From Saccostrea cucullata (taxonomy: Eukaryota), in the NCBI RefSeq assembly GCF_032062105.1, contig NW_026931135.1:248001-312000 (forward strand): 64,000 nt of DNA. Reading direction: 5' to 3'. A model generated the notes under the pieces. The model had not been told where the DNA came from, searched no databases, and saw only the letters and a list, made by a program, of their open reading frames with translations. The translations under genes were made by a program, and so were the position numbers. This document shows, one piece after another, positions 27,214-41,083 of this stretch. Numbering within the stretch: the stretch's first letter is position 1; every line of letters starts with the position of its first letter.

Positions 27214-29494
27214 ATTTAGTACACGAACTATACATTCATCACGTGACTGTCCATCGATGGGACTAAACTTCATACAGTAGAGAGTTGGTTATGCTATGCT
27301 ATTTATATAAGTATTCAAGTTCTGTGATAATTAAACAGCTTGATTAAAATTAATTCATTTTTTTTTTAAAAATCCCCATTTTTTGCACGTTCTTTTTCCG
27401 TTGATTTCTCATAGTAGGCCTTAACAGTGCTGCTTACTTGGTTTTTTTGCACTCAAATTACGCAATTACACTCTTAGAAGTAAGAAACAAAGTGACCAAT
27501 TTATAGGATTCTCTAATTTTTTCACAAAATATGACAAGACATGCCACAAACGTATTATATTTCTAACGAGTATCATTTATCAATGCCAATATAGTAATAT
27601 CATTTTTTTCTTCTGTTCTTTTAAGGAAATGAGTTAAAATAAAATCCATTAGTGTTTAGTATTACTTTAACAGCAATATTTTTTCAAAGCAAAAATTCAA
27701 AAATTCATATTGCTTTAACCCAGTATATGCTTTCACATGGCAAAGATTTAAAGCATTTCTAGACAACTTGATATCAAAATGTCAATGCATTTTTTGTTTA
27801 TTTCTTAGAAATTTTGTATTTACCAGTGTTTATATATTCTGAAAAGAGGTATTGTGTAGTTTCTGAAATTTTAATTTAAGTTGCCATGGCAACGGAGTAT
27901 AGAATCATCCTGAAATTTCCATTTAATCAAGATAAGGTTTAATTGTGTTTTTTTTCTTTGCTAAGTTAAATATAATTTTATGTAACAAATATTTCAATAT
28001 TGTTTCAAATTTATGACCATGTTGTTCATTTTTAAGAAGAAAACAATTTTAAGCCTTTTTTTTGGGGGGGGGGGGATTGGTGAGTTTTAGATGTTATCAC
28101 CAAAATTTAGCATTCAACATTTACATGTTTCCACTGCAATGAAATTGATAATGGCAAAATCGCTAGAATAGTCACAAGGTTTAACTCGAGCTAGCAAAAA
28201 AAAAATGCTCCAACAAATAAAAAAAATTCTGAGTATTATTTTTTTGTAATTATTTCCTTTTTCTCCCGATGCAAGAATTTTTCCGATGTTTGCAGTATTA
28301 ACCAAATTATGAATATTTGTTTACAGTATACTCTATTTTCAAATAAAGTGCGTAGAAATATGTATATGCCATGAAAGGGGCTTAGAATGCAGTTCATATT
28401 GCTTTTATAATAGAATTGTAGTACTGATAATTTCAAGAACACAATAGATTATTCATTACATTCGCACTTTTGTCAGTCTCAAATAACGTAACTTCAAGCT
28501 TTTCATAAGTGTCTTATTTTTTAATCTTCTCGAATAAATGTTAATATAAAAGAGAGATTTATTGTTATTAAATTTGTAAAAGTTTTATTTTATTTATTTC
28601 ATTTTTTTTATTTACGTTTCGTGTTTGCTCCTTTTCCGATTAATACTGTTTCGATAGACCTTTGAGTTTAATAACGGGTCCTTATCTCCATTAGTTTTTC
28701 AACACTGACAATGCAGATTTTTAAACCTGTTATGACCTTCAAAACAATTGACCTGAAAATGTGCCGCCTATATATTTACAGCAATAATTTAAAAGACATT
28801 CGTGTGACATAGAGGCTCGCAATAAACAAATACCCAATACAGATGACAAGGAAAACACCAGAAAGAATTACCAAAGATATACGGAAAGTAAGTTTGTGCT
28901 TTTTTAATGTTATTCAGCTATAAAAGTGTTAAGTTTGCCAAGGATCTATTATGGATTATCCAAAAGTCAAGATCTATATTTTATATATATTATAAACAAT
29001 AGCTTCAAAACTATGTGAGGTATAAAGTTGAAACTATAACAGTTTATAATGGTTTAATGAAATGATTAACGATAAAAGTATCACGTGAAATGAAATTTAT
29101 AAACAAAATAGAAAACAATAAAGAATAGTATATTTAAAAAAATTGCATAATACAGTACTTTTAGTGAAAAGCCATATAATTACAAAAATAATATTTTTTC
29201 CTCAATGAAGGGCAAGTTGAACCTAAATGGTCTTTGAAAGGCTGTTATTGAAAGTGCGACATGTATAAGGACAATAACCTTATATACCCGCATTTGCAAT
29301 GTACTTTCGGTTTCAAATCTTAACATTTGGATAAAATAATTTGGTTAAAACCTATTAAGACGCTAGTGAATTCAAGCTTGCCCTTTATTGATTAACATAT
29401 CTTGAATCTGCACTGATGGATATCACTAAAATTACGGAATTGATTAGATGTATTTTTTTATTATATGCATTTTTAAAAAGAGTTCTTCTTGATA

Positions 29495-30569
29495 CGAGGG
29501 TTGATCCAAAAGTAATGTCACAACTTTGATAAAATGGCTATAAATCGACGTAAAGCAACAAAATTACACTTGATGGAAGATTTATTTAATTCAAATCAGA
29601 TTTTAAAAATTCAAAGGAAAATGATAGAGACTTTTCAAATATTTGATTTTAAACAATGGGCGTTTATGGTAGTCGCTGCACCTAAATATAACGTCACATG
29701 ACGGATACACATCGTCATACTTTTAAGCGTTTCCACTTCGTTTCATTAAAAAATATTTGTGATTTGCAAACACTTTCACCAATTCCTCTTTCTTTAAGAA
29801 TTATTGGTACCATTACACACTTACTCTTTTTATAATTATCCCTCCGTCAAAATATTTTTTGATGATTAGTAGCATAAGACAAACTTATAAATTCACCTGT
29901 ATCTCTATACGTCTGTCTTTTTTGACAACGTCAGAACCATTAAACGTTTCCGTCCGATCTCCTATCTTTCTGTCTTCTTGTCCTCTGCTAATCATTCAGT
30001 GACAAATCACACGCGCAAAATTGCTGAAACCATCTATTAAGATTTCTCTTATTTACATTCTTTATTCTGTAAGTCTGATTAATTAACACAAATGTTGCTA
30101 GTGATGATTCCCATATTTTGATGCAAAATTGCATTACAATTCGTCGAGCCATTTTTCCCCATTTCGACAATTCTTTTGTTCAATTTAACAGCGTAAAACA
30201 ACAATGTTTATTATCACAAATACCAATGCCGTCATTTAATTTCAATTAAAGTCTAGAAAATGACGAGAACTGTTTCTTTAAAAAAATGGGGGGATAAGGT
30301 GCTTTTTTAGAATCTTTTTAATGTGTTTGTCTTCATCATTCTAAGAAAAAATACATTTTAAAACGTGACGTTCCGCTGTGACGCGGCGACACCCTCTATG
30401 CTCTTTGTTTTAAACATCTATGAAATAAATTCAAATAAACATTATTAAATTAAAATTTCAATGTTTATTAGATTTATATTTGTACATCTTTTGGTATATT
30501 GTATTTGGAAATATGACGCCAAATATAAAAAATATGGACACTGTGACATTACTTTTGAATCAACCCTCG
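29495..30569. mobile_element. Mariner-type MITE, family B
   Basis: TA|CGAGGGTTGATCCAAAAGTAATGTCACA ... TGTGACATTACTTTTGAATCAACCCTCG|TA: 28-bp TIR, 1 mismatch, TA TSD. Confidence 0.9.
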
Positions 30570-31296
30570 TAATTCTTTTTTTAGTATTTGTTATCAAATT
30601 TTCAAAATACCTTATGAATTCGTATTTCCAAGAATTCCAAAGATGTTTGTTTGAATCCCTCCTCAAATAGGTGTTGAGTTTATTTTAGGTAAATCACTTT
30701 TATCTACGAAATTTAACAAGTGTATTTGAAGTAAATTTAGTTTGTGATAAGAATGAATAATGTGAAGAAACATGTAAATTGAGACAATGGTAATAAAAAA
30801 AATTGAATAATGGACACGTAGATGTATGCTCTCACATATTCTTGTGTTGCATCCTGAGATAAGTAAATTATACAATTTGTCAAAGAGAAGTTTTTTTTTT
30901 TCTTTTTCGCATCTTTTATTTTACTAAAAATTGTAATGCCACTTATTATCTTCTTTTTTTTTCTTTTACGCATTGATCCAATTTATATTCATCAATTGAC
31001 TTTAAATACATGGAAAAGAACTATTTTAAAAAAGGTCAATAGTCATGTATCAATCTGCCTAGACAATTAATATATATAATTTATTAATTGCTTTAATAAA
31101 AAAAATTAAAAGAAAAGAAATGTTAATAAATATAAAATATTATTTCAATTATCATAATAGTTATTCACTGTACATTCACATACTTTGTTTTTTCCATTTT
31201 TTTTTTTTTTTTGCACACACTTTGTTTTATCCCAATGGACAGATCAATATGCTATTTTGAATGGTCGACGGGCTGATTGATTATTCCCTAATCCTG

Positions 31297-32995
31297 CAGG
31301 TATGTTTACGAAACTTTCCTAAGATTGTTCATAAGAAATTTCTTAAGATATCTTAAGAAAATCTTAGGATCATCGTAAGATTATCTTGAGGTGTTTTTCA
31401 AATCTATCTTATGATTATCCTAAGCTAACACGTCTTAAATCATAATGAAATAAAAAAAAATCAAAGCTTATAACCATTGTCAGGGATCAGAGAGTCGTAA
31501 TTTTTTGCTATAGATAATAATGCTACATGGTATGTCATCCAAATGAAAATATTTAAAAGAGTGAAATAAAATAAAAAGAATTTGAGATTTATTTTATTTA
31601 TAAATATAAATCATACAATTTTAATTATTAATCATCTAAATTCCACGATAAATTGTAGTATTGGTTACAATTAAAATAAAATAGAGTGCCATTTGATCAT
31701 TTAGAATTCTTGAACGATGAAAAGTGAGCCAATTTAATGAGTGAAACGGAATGAACCGCAAAATCGGGAGGAAGTAGGCAAAACTGGAGGACCCCCCTCC
31801 CCCCAAAGACTTAATCATTCGCAAGAAAAATCGTGGGAATAATTGATTATACTCCAATCTCTCTCATATTTAGTTTTATTTTGTAAACAGGTTACATCTT
31901 ACTATGTATGTTGTGCATCTGCGTGAGGCACTGAATGTCATAGGAACTCTAAGAAAAGAAGATGCATACAGGCGCGTGATTTTACATGGGGGAAGGGAAG
32001 TCCGAACATACTATTTAAATTGTACCATTGAAAATTTTCATTTTCGCCCCTTCCCCGGTTTTTTTTGTGTGTTGTATAGTAAAATAAGGGTTATGTAGTA
32101 GTTTATGAATAAAATTTGGCACTGAAAGAAGCTGGAACTAAGAAGTTTGCACAGGCACCTGACGTTACTTATATATTTCTTTGAATAAAAAAATATACCC
32201 CTACCTAAAAATAAATCAATTCATTATTAGGTAGTGGATATATTTTTTTCATTTAAAGAAAAATAAAGTAACGTCAGGTGCCTGTGGATTTTCAAGCTAC
32301 AAAGTCTTCGGGGTTCCTTTTCGCTTGTCAAGTTTTTTTTTTTGTAAGTTAGATTTTTTTATGTTAGTTGGATACTTAATCTACCCCCTTTCAAAATCGA
32401 TGCTACGTCCGTGTCATGTGTAAATGCAGTATATTTATAACTGTGTAATAATTTGACATCTTTAGAAACCACCTGATATATACGCAATACAAAAAATCCA
32501 TGATTTTTAAGATAGCGTTGAGGCTTCGGAGGGGGGGAGGCTTAGAGAAATGAATACTTCTTAAATGAATTAGTGCGCAATATCAGTAATCGGTCAAACT
32601 GTATTTTTTTATAAACACATCAACCAAAACTAATATAGTATTATCAAACATTTTATTTAAGGAAATCTATATATTACAGTGGTATATAATTTTACAGTTG
32701 TCGTTAACGGTCCCGACAGACTAGTAATCAGTGTTTCGAATTCTTCCTACATTTTTAAATACTCATTCAGGTCTGATACGACGATTTCGTCGAGACAGCA
32801 ACAGCATGGACCCAACTATTCTACTTACGATAGACTTAAGATAGGTCTAAAGCTGTCGTAACTTTAAGATCATTCTTAAGAACTTTCGTAAGTTACGATA
32901 CTTTCGAAAACCACACTTAGTCTTAAGAAATGTCGTAAGTACATGTATATCTTAAGACGTTTCTTAGTCCTAAGATAGCTTCGTAAACATGCCTG
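31297..32995. mobile_element. PIF/Harbinger-like non-autonomous element
   Basis: CTG|CAGGTATGTTTACGAA ... TTCGTAAACATGCCTG|CTG: 16-bp TIR with 1 mismatch, 3-bp CTG TSD; CTTAAG-rich subterminal repeats. Confidence 0.75.
32150..32286. mobile_element. Palindromic MITE nested in the Harbinger-like element
   Basis: CACAGGCACCTGACGTTACTT ... AAGTAACGTCAGGTGCCTGTG. Confidence 0.8.
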
Positions 32996-33730
32996 CTGAT
33001 TGACAACTCTTAAAGAAATTGCGAATGTGTGTTCGCTGTCTTGGACCGCTACTAAATTAAGAGTTCGCTCTCTGGGTCCGCTGCAGGTTAGCTCGGGGTC
33101 CCCTACGAATTTGCTCGGGGTCAATCCTAGCGCGAGGGGAGGGGGAAGGGGGAAGGGGGTGGGGGGGGGGGGGCGAAGCGGACTCAGAAAGCGAAACCGG
33201 GGTCCGCTCCGGGTTCGCTTTCAGTTAGGTTGTGTCTTTCGGTACTGTACGTACTTGTAATTCCACCTGTTCAATGTTATGACGTTGTCATGGTAACTGA
33301 TAAAATTCCTCTTCATACACTTATAGATGCGCTTTCAATCAGAACAAAATTCTCGAGAGGGCCGTTAAACAACATAAAAGCAATCAATCAATCAGAACTC
33401 AACAGACAAGACTATATAATCTGTAATTATTCTTTTTTCAAGAAAAGTTTAAAATATATTTTAATTTCATGAAACGTTTTCAATTACTAAACTTCCCTTT
33501 CTCTGCTCTAATATTCTGCTAGAATTATGTCAGAACAGTTTGTTATCAAAAAGAATACCTTTGTACCCCGCCTCCTCCAATACCCCACTAAAATGGACAA
33601 TTCTTTTAATGTGTAATTTCGCTAATGTGAATGTTTTTTAAAGTGTAAAACCAAAGCTTAATTTATTATTAGATTTATAAATTACTGCAAAATATGTTTC
33701 TTTACTCAAGTATTGTTTTTATTTTTGCAG

Positions 33731-34051
33731 ACACGAAAATTACTGATAAATCTCCAGCCAAAAAAATATTTGAAGAAGAATTAAGACAGCAAACCTTCAA
33801 CGTTATTAAAAATATGGAAGTCCCGATCAGTGAGCACAATACAGATGAAGAAGATGAAGATGAAGAAAATTTCTATGAGAGTATAGAAGACTTCATAAGG
33901 GATGAAACCAAGGATAGAAAATTCAACAATATCGGCCCTTTTGTAGAAAAACTGGAATCAATAATAATAACATATGCCAATCAACGAGCACAAAAGGCTC
34001 AAATTTTAGCAAGATTTCTGCGTTTTATTTTGCGTCTAAAGAAACATTATA
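33731..34051 (+). CDS. Roc-COR-protease gene, first supported coding exon (acidic N-terminal region)
   Basis: ttttgcAG| ... CAT TAT A|GTGAGT; phase 1 joins 36960; first in-frame ATG at 33814; true start unresolved. Confidence 0.7.
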
Positions 34052-34624
34052 GTGAGTAACAATCATTGTATGACATGTAAAATGATTTAACCACTGAGTA
34101 GTTAACGCGGAAATTAGACGCATTATTTTGCTGGGCTGTTAAACAACCCACTCACCAATTTAAGTCGATAATTATATACACATGTAGCTATATGGTTTCT
34201 AATGCTATGCTATTTTACTTACGTAGCCATTTGTCACGAGACATGTTAAAATTAGAGGAAAATAAAATATGTACGGTTTCAAAGTTCGTAGATATACGGA
34301 AATATTTTTTAAATTTTTTACTATGAAATTGATCGTATTTTAGGACTAAGTCACTAACCCGGAAAGTGCTGGGGGCAAATTCCTCGTGCACGATAATAAT
34401 ATAAAATCTAGCCATCTTTTAAAAAAAACTCGTACATTGACATTATACACATTGTAATAATGTAAAATCATAGAAAAGATCAATGGCGCACAATCGGCTC
34501 CCAGCATTTTCCAAAATAGTAGAGCTACATGTTTTTAAAAATCATAATTTATAAATTAGTCGATATCATTAAACTTTTTCAGATCTTCAAGGGTTTGTAC
34601 CTGTGATGGCAGGACATTTATGAG

Positions 34625-34770
34625 CAAACCGGTCAGCAGGGGATGCTTACTCCTCCATAGCACCTGATCCCACCTCTGATGTCTCGGGGGTCCGTGTTTG
34701 CTCTGCTCTCATTTTGTATTGTTTTATGGACTTTGATATTGAATACTGTTTGTTATCACCATATCCTTCC
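34625..34770 (+). mobile_element. Penelope-like element 3' end fragment
   Basis: ACCGGTCAGCAGGGGATGCTTACTCCTCC..CCATATCCTTC matches ~48037-48180. Confidence 0.8.
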
Positions 34771-34786
34771 ATTTATATAGTGCATA

Positions 34787-35840
34787 CGAGGGGTGTTAGA
34801 AAAGTTCGCGGACAAGTTCTATTGTGAGCGCGCTATTTCCACGAAACCGGTCAAACTTTTCAGATGAAATCATAACCTATTTTCCAATAAATATTCAAAA
34901 CTTTGGTGCTCTCCGGTGATCATTGAAAAATATATAGCTGTTTTATTTTGATAAAACTTGCTTCACGGAGCATGCTACATTTTGGCACGTTTACATCACA
35001 AAGACTCTTTATCAAAATTAAAAATTGCACAATTGTAGCGCAAAGAGATTTGTGATATTTTACCTGTCGCTAAAGTATTCATGAAACGTCACTTGGAGAA
35101 ATTTTGAATCAAATTGGAGGTTATATGACTGGTTTATAACCATTTATAAATGATCAACGCGTAAAAACACAGCCAAAAATCGGGACGTCATTGAGCGTCA
35201 TGGAGCACTGCACTACGTAAAAATTATGTGTGCAGACAGGAAAATGCCTATAAAGAGATTAAAATGTTCAAGATGCTGCCGGGAATTTCCTACACATACA
35301 AAGGACAAAAGTTTTCAAATGGTTTATAAGAATGTAAGGATTAAGATTTTGAATGATTAACTCCATCGATACTTCAATACCCCCTTATTGCATGGATGTT
35401 GTGCCTATATGGTTTTGTATAGTTTCCATACCTGACGGATTAACTGCATAGACTTTTTTTTAAAGATCTCAATATAATATCCGAATCAGCACAAAAGACA
35501 TTATAGTAGAGAAGTAGCATGTCTTGATATAGATATTCAATTTTAGAGTAGAAAAAAGATAAGAAAAACATGAAAAAATGAAAGATTTAATGAACTGCGA
35601 CAAAGCTTAACGGGTTGAAATCTGGTTGTCACGTCGCCTTACGTCATGTGATTGCTCCGTGAATCCCATGACCTCATAGTAAAAATCGTTGTAAATTTTC
35701 AAGATTTTAGTAAATGGACCGGATTTTTTATATACTAATAAACAAAATGTAGAAATCTATGCAGACATAGGTCATACTTCACAGTACACAATAGATTTTC
35801 CGTAATTCAATGTGTCCGCGAACTTTTCTAACAACCCTCG
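34787..35840. mobile_element. Mariner-type MITE, family A copy 2 (inverted relative to 2426-3492)
   Basis: TA|CGAGGGGTGTTAGAAAAGTTCGCGGACA ... TGTCCGCGAACTTTTCTAACAACCCTCG|TA. Confidence 0.92.
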
Positions 35841-36624
35841 TACATGTACATGCGGCTTTCTGTGGCTTTATATAAGGCTTCAACAATTTATTTATCAAGG
35901 CAGGAATTTGACTTAGCTTTAGTCAATTCAAGATTTTATTTTATTTTAAATTTTCAAAAGTATTCATATTGAAACAGCTTTTGTGCAAAATTTTATGTTT
36001 GATAAGAGCAAAACCGTTTAATCCCTTACTGTTCAGTGCATGTTGCTCCCTTTTCCCACTAGTTTTGACGTTTAGTGCTCTGGCTAGACAACCCTTTGTC
36101 TCATGATAAAATATCTTCGTAAAAGTTTCTCAGATTTAGCAAACCCTTAACTTGCATTATTTAAATGAAATGTACGTGTATTTGGGTTAGAGAATTTTTT
36201 CTAAAGAACTGAACAAGTTCCTTGTTTTGATTTTCTGACACTTCGCCTCGGTCAATTCGCCTCAGTCAATATGATTATTTTTTCTGGTGTATAACAAAGC
36301 ATATTCGACACCAAAAGAATCCATAATTGTATTGTATCTACATAAATAAATTTAGGGATGCAAGCGATATGCTTTTTTCTTATTTCTGAAAAATTAAAAT
36401 ATAATTAAATTCGTGTGTTTTAGATCTGTTTTTAAGGGAAACTCAGGTCACATCATTGGACTTAATATTTTTTTTTTATTTTCTGAACAATATGATGCTC
36501 TAGCATTTCTAATTAAATTATTTTGGATTATAATTTCATATTTTTGCTCAAAACTAATCCAGTTTTTATCATATACTTGTAAGCAATGATATAGCATTCA
36601 TTTATATAAGTCTTATTATTGTAC

Positions 36625-36846
36625 ATTATATTTATACACTGAAATGACGATGGATTTTTTTCCGTTATTCCCTGATTATGACAAGGAGCACACGGCGGGT
36701 GTGACCGGTCGGCAGGTGATGCTCACTCTTCAAAGGCACGTTATCCCACCTCTGGTGTTTCGGGGGTCCGTGTTTGCGCTTCTCTTATTTTGTATTGTTT
36801 TATTGACTTTGAGATTGAATACTGTTCTTTATCTCCATATCCTTCA
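36625..36846 (+). mobile_element. Penelope-like element 3' UTR fragment
   Basis: Matches 47960-48180. Confidence 0.85.
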
Positions 36847-36959
36847 TTGTACAAAAAAGACTTTAAAAATATTAACTGTGTCTGTGTCAAGCCCCCTTTG
36901 TTTATGAGGAAAAATCATTCTTTCTAGGTCTTTTTGACATAACTTTTTATTTCACATAG

Positions 36960-37196
36960 TTACAAGCCTCATGGATACAGATACAATTGTTATCGATGAG
37001 TTGAAGAAGTTTTTGAAGAAGAAGATAACTGTTTCCCATGCCAGAGGAATACTTGTTGGATGTGCTGATGCTGGAAAAACAACATTACTAAAGCGATTAA
37101 AAGGGCAGTTTCAAATAGGCAATGAGATTACAGAACCAACCAGGGGATTGGAGGTCCACCAGCATTTGTTTCTTGTCAGAAATGGAGTTTTGGAAG
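36960..37196 (+). CDS. Roc-COR-protease gene exon: Roc P-loop (G1) and G2
   Basis: catAG|TT ACA; ARGILVGCADAGKTTLLKRL; EPTRGLEV; GAA G|GTtaag. Confidence 0.9.
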
Positions 37197-38189
37197 GTTA
37201 AGAAGATTTTTCTGATAGTATGCATAACACATAGCACATGTATCGCAGTGTTCTATTCCACACCAAAAAAAATTACGAATAATCCTAAAATTACACCACT
37301 CTTTAATTTTTTATCTAAAAAAAGTTTTTTTTTAAATAATTAGTCACAATATAATAAAGAAATATGAAATAATGTTATGATAGAAAAAAAAATTTTTGGA
37401 ACTTAGATTTTGTTGTAGGATGGCGGATAGTTTAAGTGTCACGGACATATAACAGTTCTTTTCAAATTGGATTTTTTTAGAGTTTAATTGGGATATGAAA
37501 TTTAGTCAGTCACGTGATCAAATATCATAGTATATTTGATCACGCACCAACTTCATGTCACATACAATGAAACTCTAAAAATGATATCTTACTTCTTATA
37601 TTTATATTTTCTAATTTTATTCGTGTGACATGGAAAATTATTATATGATTGAATAATTTCCATCTCTCTGATTGGCTGCGATCCAACTATGTTAGAAAAA
37701 TACTACGTTGTATTGACCAGCACGTGATGTTCCAGGTCAATACAAAGATTTATTTCCTCTACATTGATCTATAAATAGATTGGGAAATTCCAAATTGATA
37801 CAAATTGTTTTGGAAAGCTATTTAAACGACTATGGTTTTTATTGTATGTGAACAAAACAAAAGCGAATATATATTTTAGGGTGAGGGTGGTAAGAGAGGA
37901 TGATGGGTCCTTTTACGTACTGAACAGCAATATTTTTTTTACTTTTTGGCAGTCAGTTTTCCCTGATTATACTCCTTCCTTTCAAAATCTATCCTATAAA
38001 AAAAGACTGACATTATAAATATTTTTCAGTGCAACTAAAATTTATTTAAAAAACATTTCAAATTGATACGACTGGTAATTTAAAGTTTATCTACATTTTA
38101 ATTCTGCTTCTCTCTTGTATTTGACTTGGACTTAATTAAATGCAAACAAGTAATGAGCTGTATCTTTTTATCAGTGAATCGTATGATAA

Positions 38190-38905
38190 ATCAATTATTG
38201 CTGTTTTTGAGGTCAATACTATACAATTATTGACTTTTGATGAGGTCTACTCGTGACTATACAGACCTGGTCAGGTATTGGTTGACCGAGGCTACTCGTG
38301 ACTATACAGACCAGGTCTGTATAGTCACGAGTAGACCGAATTCAAAAGTCAATAACTGTTTTATTAAACGATGAGGAGTTTTACAACACTGCTGACTCTT
38401 TCATTCTTGTCTCCATCAAATATAAACATCCATAATGTAAAGTGTAATTACACTTTTTACATGTTGATATACTTCAACAGCTAAACAAATATTAGTTAAA
38501 AAGTTAAAAACAATATTAATAAACAATAAATACTCAACCATTTACTTTCAAAAAGTTCTTAATCTCCTTGGTAATGGCGTCTGACATGTTTATATTCACA
38601 CCAGCACATGCTTTTAAACACGCAATCTGATTGGTCGAAAAAGCTGTAAGCAAATATATGGTTGGTCGAGAGGGAAAACCCGAATAAACCTCCCAGAACG
38701 TCATTTGAGGTGAACTCACTCTAAGGTACACACCAGTAAATGGCGTCTAGACCAATCAGAGAGCACCAAAATTCCTTATCATTTAATAAAATGATTTAAC
38801 CATCTTCGAAGTACAATATTCACCTCGCCCTTCGGGCTCGGTGAATATTGTACTCCTCAAATGGCTAAATCATTGTATTGACCTCAAAAACAGCAATAAT
38901 TGTAT
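38190..38905. mobile_element. Foldback-type element with nested palindromic MITE
   Basis: CAATTATTGCTGTTTTTGAGGTCAATAC / GTATTGACCTCAAAAACAGCAATAATTG; internal hairpins at 38240-38365 and 38786-38880. Confidence 0.6.
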
Positions 38906-39364
38906 AATAGTCACTATTTAGACATTGTTATGGAAATGCAACATAACGTAACTACGACGACATGTGACGTCACAATTCGAACTTTCAAAATGGCTCATGC
39001 AGTATTCTTTCAAATATGCAAGAAAATCTGATCTTATGACCAACTGAATGTCTAGAAAATTGAATTTCAATTTCATTAGAAGCAAATTGTAAATTGTTTA
39101 CATACAAAAAAACAAGTAAAGAATTCCCCCCTACAGCTTTCGGTATCTTTGTGGGTGAGATGTCATTTTTATGACATATTGTCTCAGATATGAACGCTCT
39201 ATCATATGTCATTTAGAAACTATCACCGAAGTAGGATTTTTTAAAAATAAGATCAATCGTGAAGGTTAAGGATATTGGGTCACAAATCATAGCATGCTTG
39301 GAAATATCTTATCACAGACCTGCACATGTCAAATATGAAAGCCATATCTCTTCTCAATAAAATG

Positions 39365-40152
39365 AACAATATGTGTTTGTGAAACACTGATGACCCCGTA
39401 TGGCAACATAGCGAAGATTAAACTTGTCTTGAATGCAAATTAAATATATTAATACCATAGGGTTTTTTTTTAATTAAAAGTAGGTCAGACTCTAAGGTCA
39501 ATATGATTCTTGATATCTTATGATAGATCCTGTCACACGGATTAAAAATGTGAAAAATAAAAGCCATAGCCCTAACTCTTTAAAAGTTTTGGCCAAGGTT
39601 CGCTTTGTAAAAGTAAGTTAAACTCCAAGGTCAAGGTTAAAGGTTCAAAGTTCTTTGTATCAAATTAAAGGTCTTCTCAAAAGGATTACATATGTGAAGT
39701 ATGAAAGCCCTATCCCTTACCGGTCAAAAGTTATGGCCAAAGATAAAGTTTTTTCACAAGCACAAAAATCTTCAAGGTCAAGGTCAATAGGTCACGGTTG
39801 TTTGTATCAATGAAAGGCCTTGCAACAGGGCATAGATATGTGAAATATAAAATTCCTAGTATCTACCATTCAAAAGTTATGTCCAAAGTAAAAGTTTGGA
39901 ATTTTGTGTAAAGGTTCGTCAAACTTCAAGGTCAAGGTCAAAAGGTCAAACTTGATGGTATATAAAGAAAGATCTTGTCACAAGAAATACACATGTGAAA
40001 TATGAAAGACATAGCCCCACTTCATTAAAAGTTATGGACAAGGTTAAAGTTTTTGTGACGGACGGACAGCTAGACAGACTGATCGACAGACGGTTATACG
40101 GACAGACAAATGAGATTTAATGTCCCCTCACTTTCGCCAAAGCGGGGGACAA
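39365..40152 (-). mobile_element. Helentron/HINE carrying ~166-bp satellite-like tandem monomers
   Basis: Terminal hairpin TGTGTTTGTGAAACAC, GACG/GACA microsatellite, palindrome near 40125-40150; AAGGTCAAGGTCA monomers ~150-165 bp apart; reverse homolog at 58640-59550. Confidence 0.8.
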
Positions 40153-40346
40153 TACTTTTTATTTATGTCAATAAGAATTATCTTTCTTATCAGCGTATCA
40201 ACGAATCTTAATGTGCAGCAGATTCCGGGCTGCTTAAACATGACCAACATTTTCTGAAACGCTTAAGAAGGGAGAAATAGACTTTTTATTGTTTTTTATT
40301 TCTAGTTTCAGAAATCCATATAAGAAATAGATCACTCTAGGTTACA

Positions 40347-40765
40347 TTTTCAGCTCACTTGAGCCGAAAGCTCAAGTGAGCTTTTCAGATCACATTTTGT
40401 CCGGTGTCCGTCTGTCTGTCCGTCTGACTGTCTGTACACATTTCACAAATGAAGAGCAACGCACTCATTCAAGGGGATATAATTGGGAATAAGTGAAAAT
40501 TTGGTGGCATGTTTTAAAAATCTTCTCAAGAACCACTGTGCCAGAAAAGCTGAAATTTATGTGGAAGCATCCTGGGGTAGCGTAGATTTAAGTTTGTTCA
40601 AATAATGACCACAAGGGAAAGGGGGGCACATGGCCGACCAAGGTTTTTACATAGAAATATATAGGAAACTTCTTTAAATATCATCTCAAGAATAGCAAAT
40701 ACAAGATTGGTCATGGGACTTATTTTGGATTTAAACCAATTTCTCCTTTTTCCTAGTCACAGTGT

Positions 40766-40798
<33 letters not shown>
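40347..40798 (+). mobile_element. HINE / pearl(CvA)-like element
   Basis: AGCTCACTTGAGC-CGAAA-GCTCAAGTGAGCT palindrome, GTCC/GTCT microsatellite, CAGGTGAGC subterminal IR, 3' hairpin GGCCCATGGGCC. Confidence 0.8.
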
Positions 40799-41083
40799 AT
40801 TTCTTGCTTTACATTCTCTCGACAACATACTTTGTTTTATGGTTCAAAGATATATAATTGCATTGTTATTATTTTTGCTAAGTGTAGATGTGTACATAAT
40901 AAATTTTTCATTATAAAAGTAACTTAGTCCAAACAGCTGTATCACGTCTCTCGTCGACAGACCTCAACCATCAGATCAATCTCGACGTTTTGCGTCGCTT
41001 TTGATCTCATGATCCGCTCCTGTCATCTCAGCGTAGTACGACTCTTTGGATCAAGTTACAGTTTTAATATTGTATATTAACAG

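Noticed and set aside
13057-33472. Numerous 60-130 aa ORFs
   Set aside because: Low-complexity AT-rich translations in TE or intergenic DNA with no recognisable motifs
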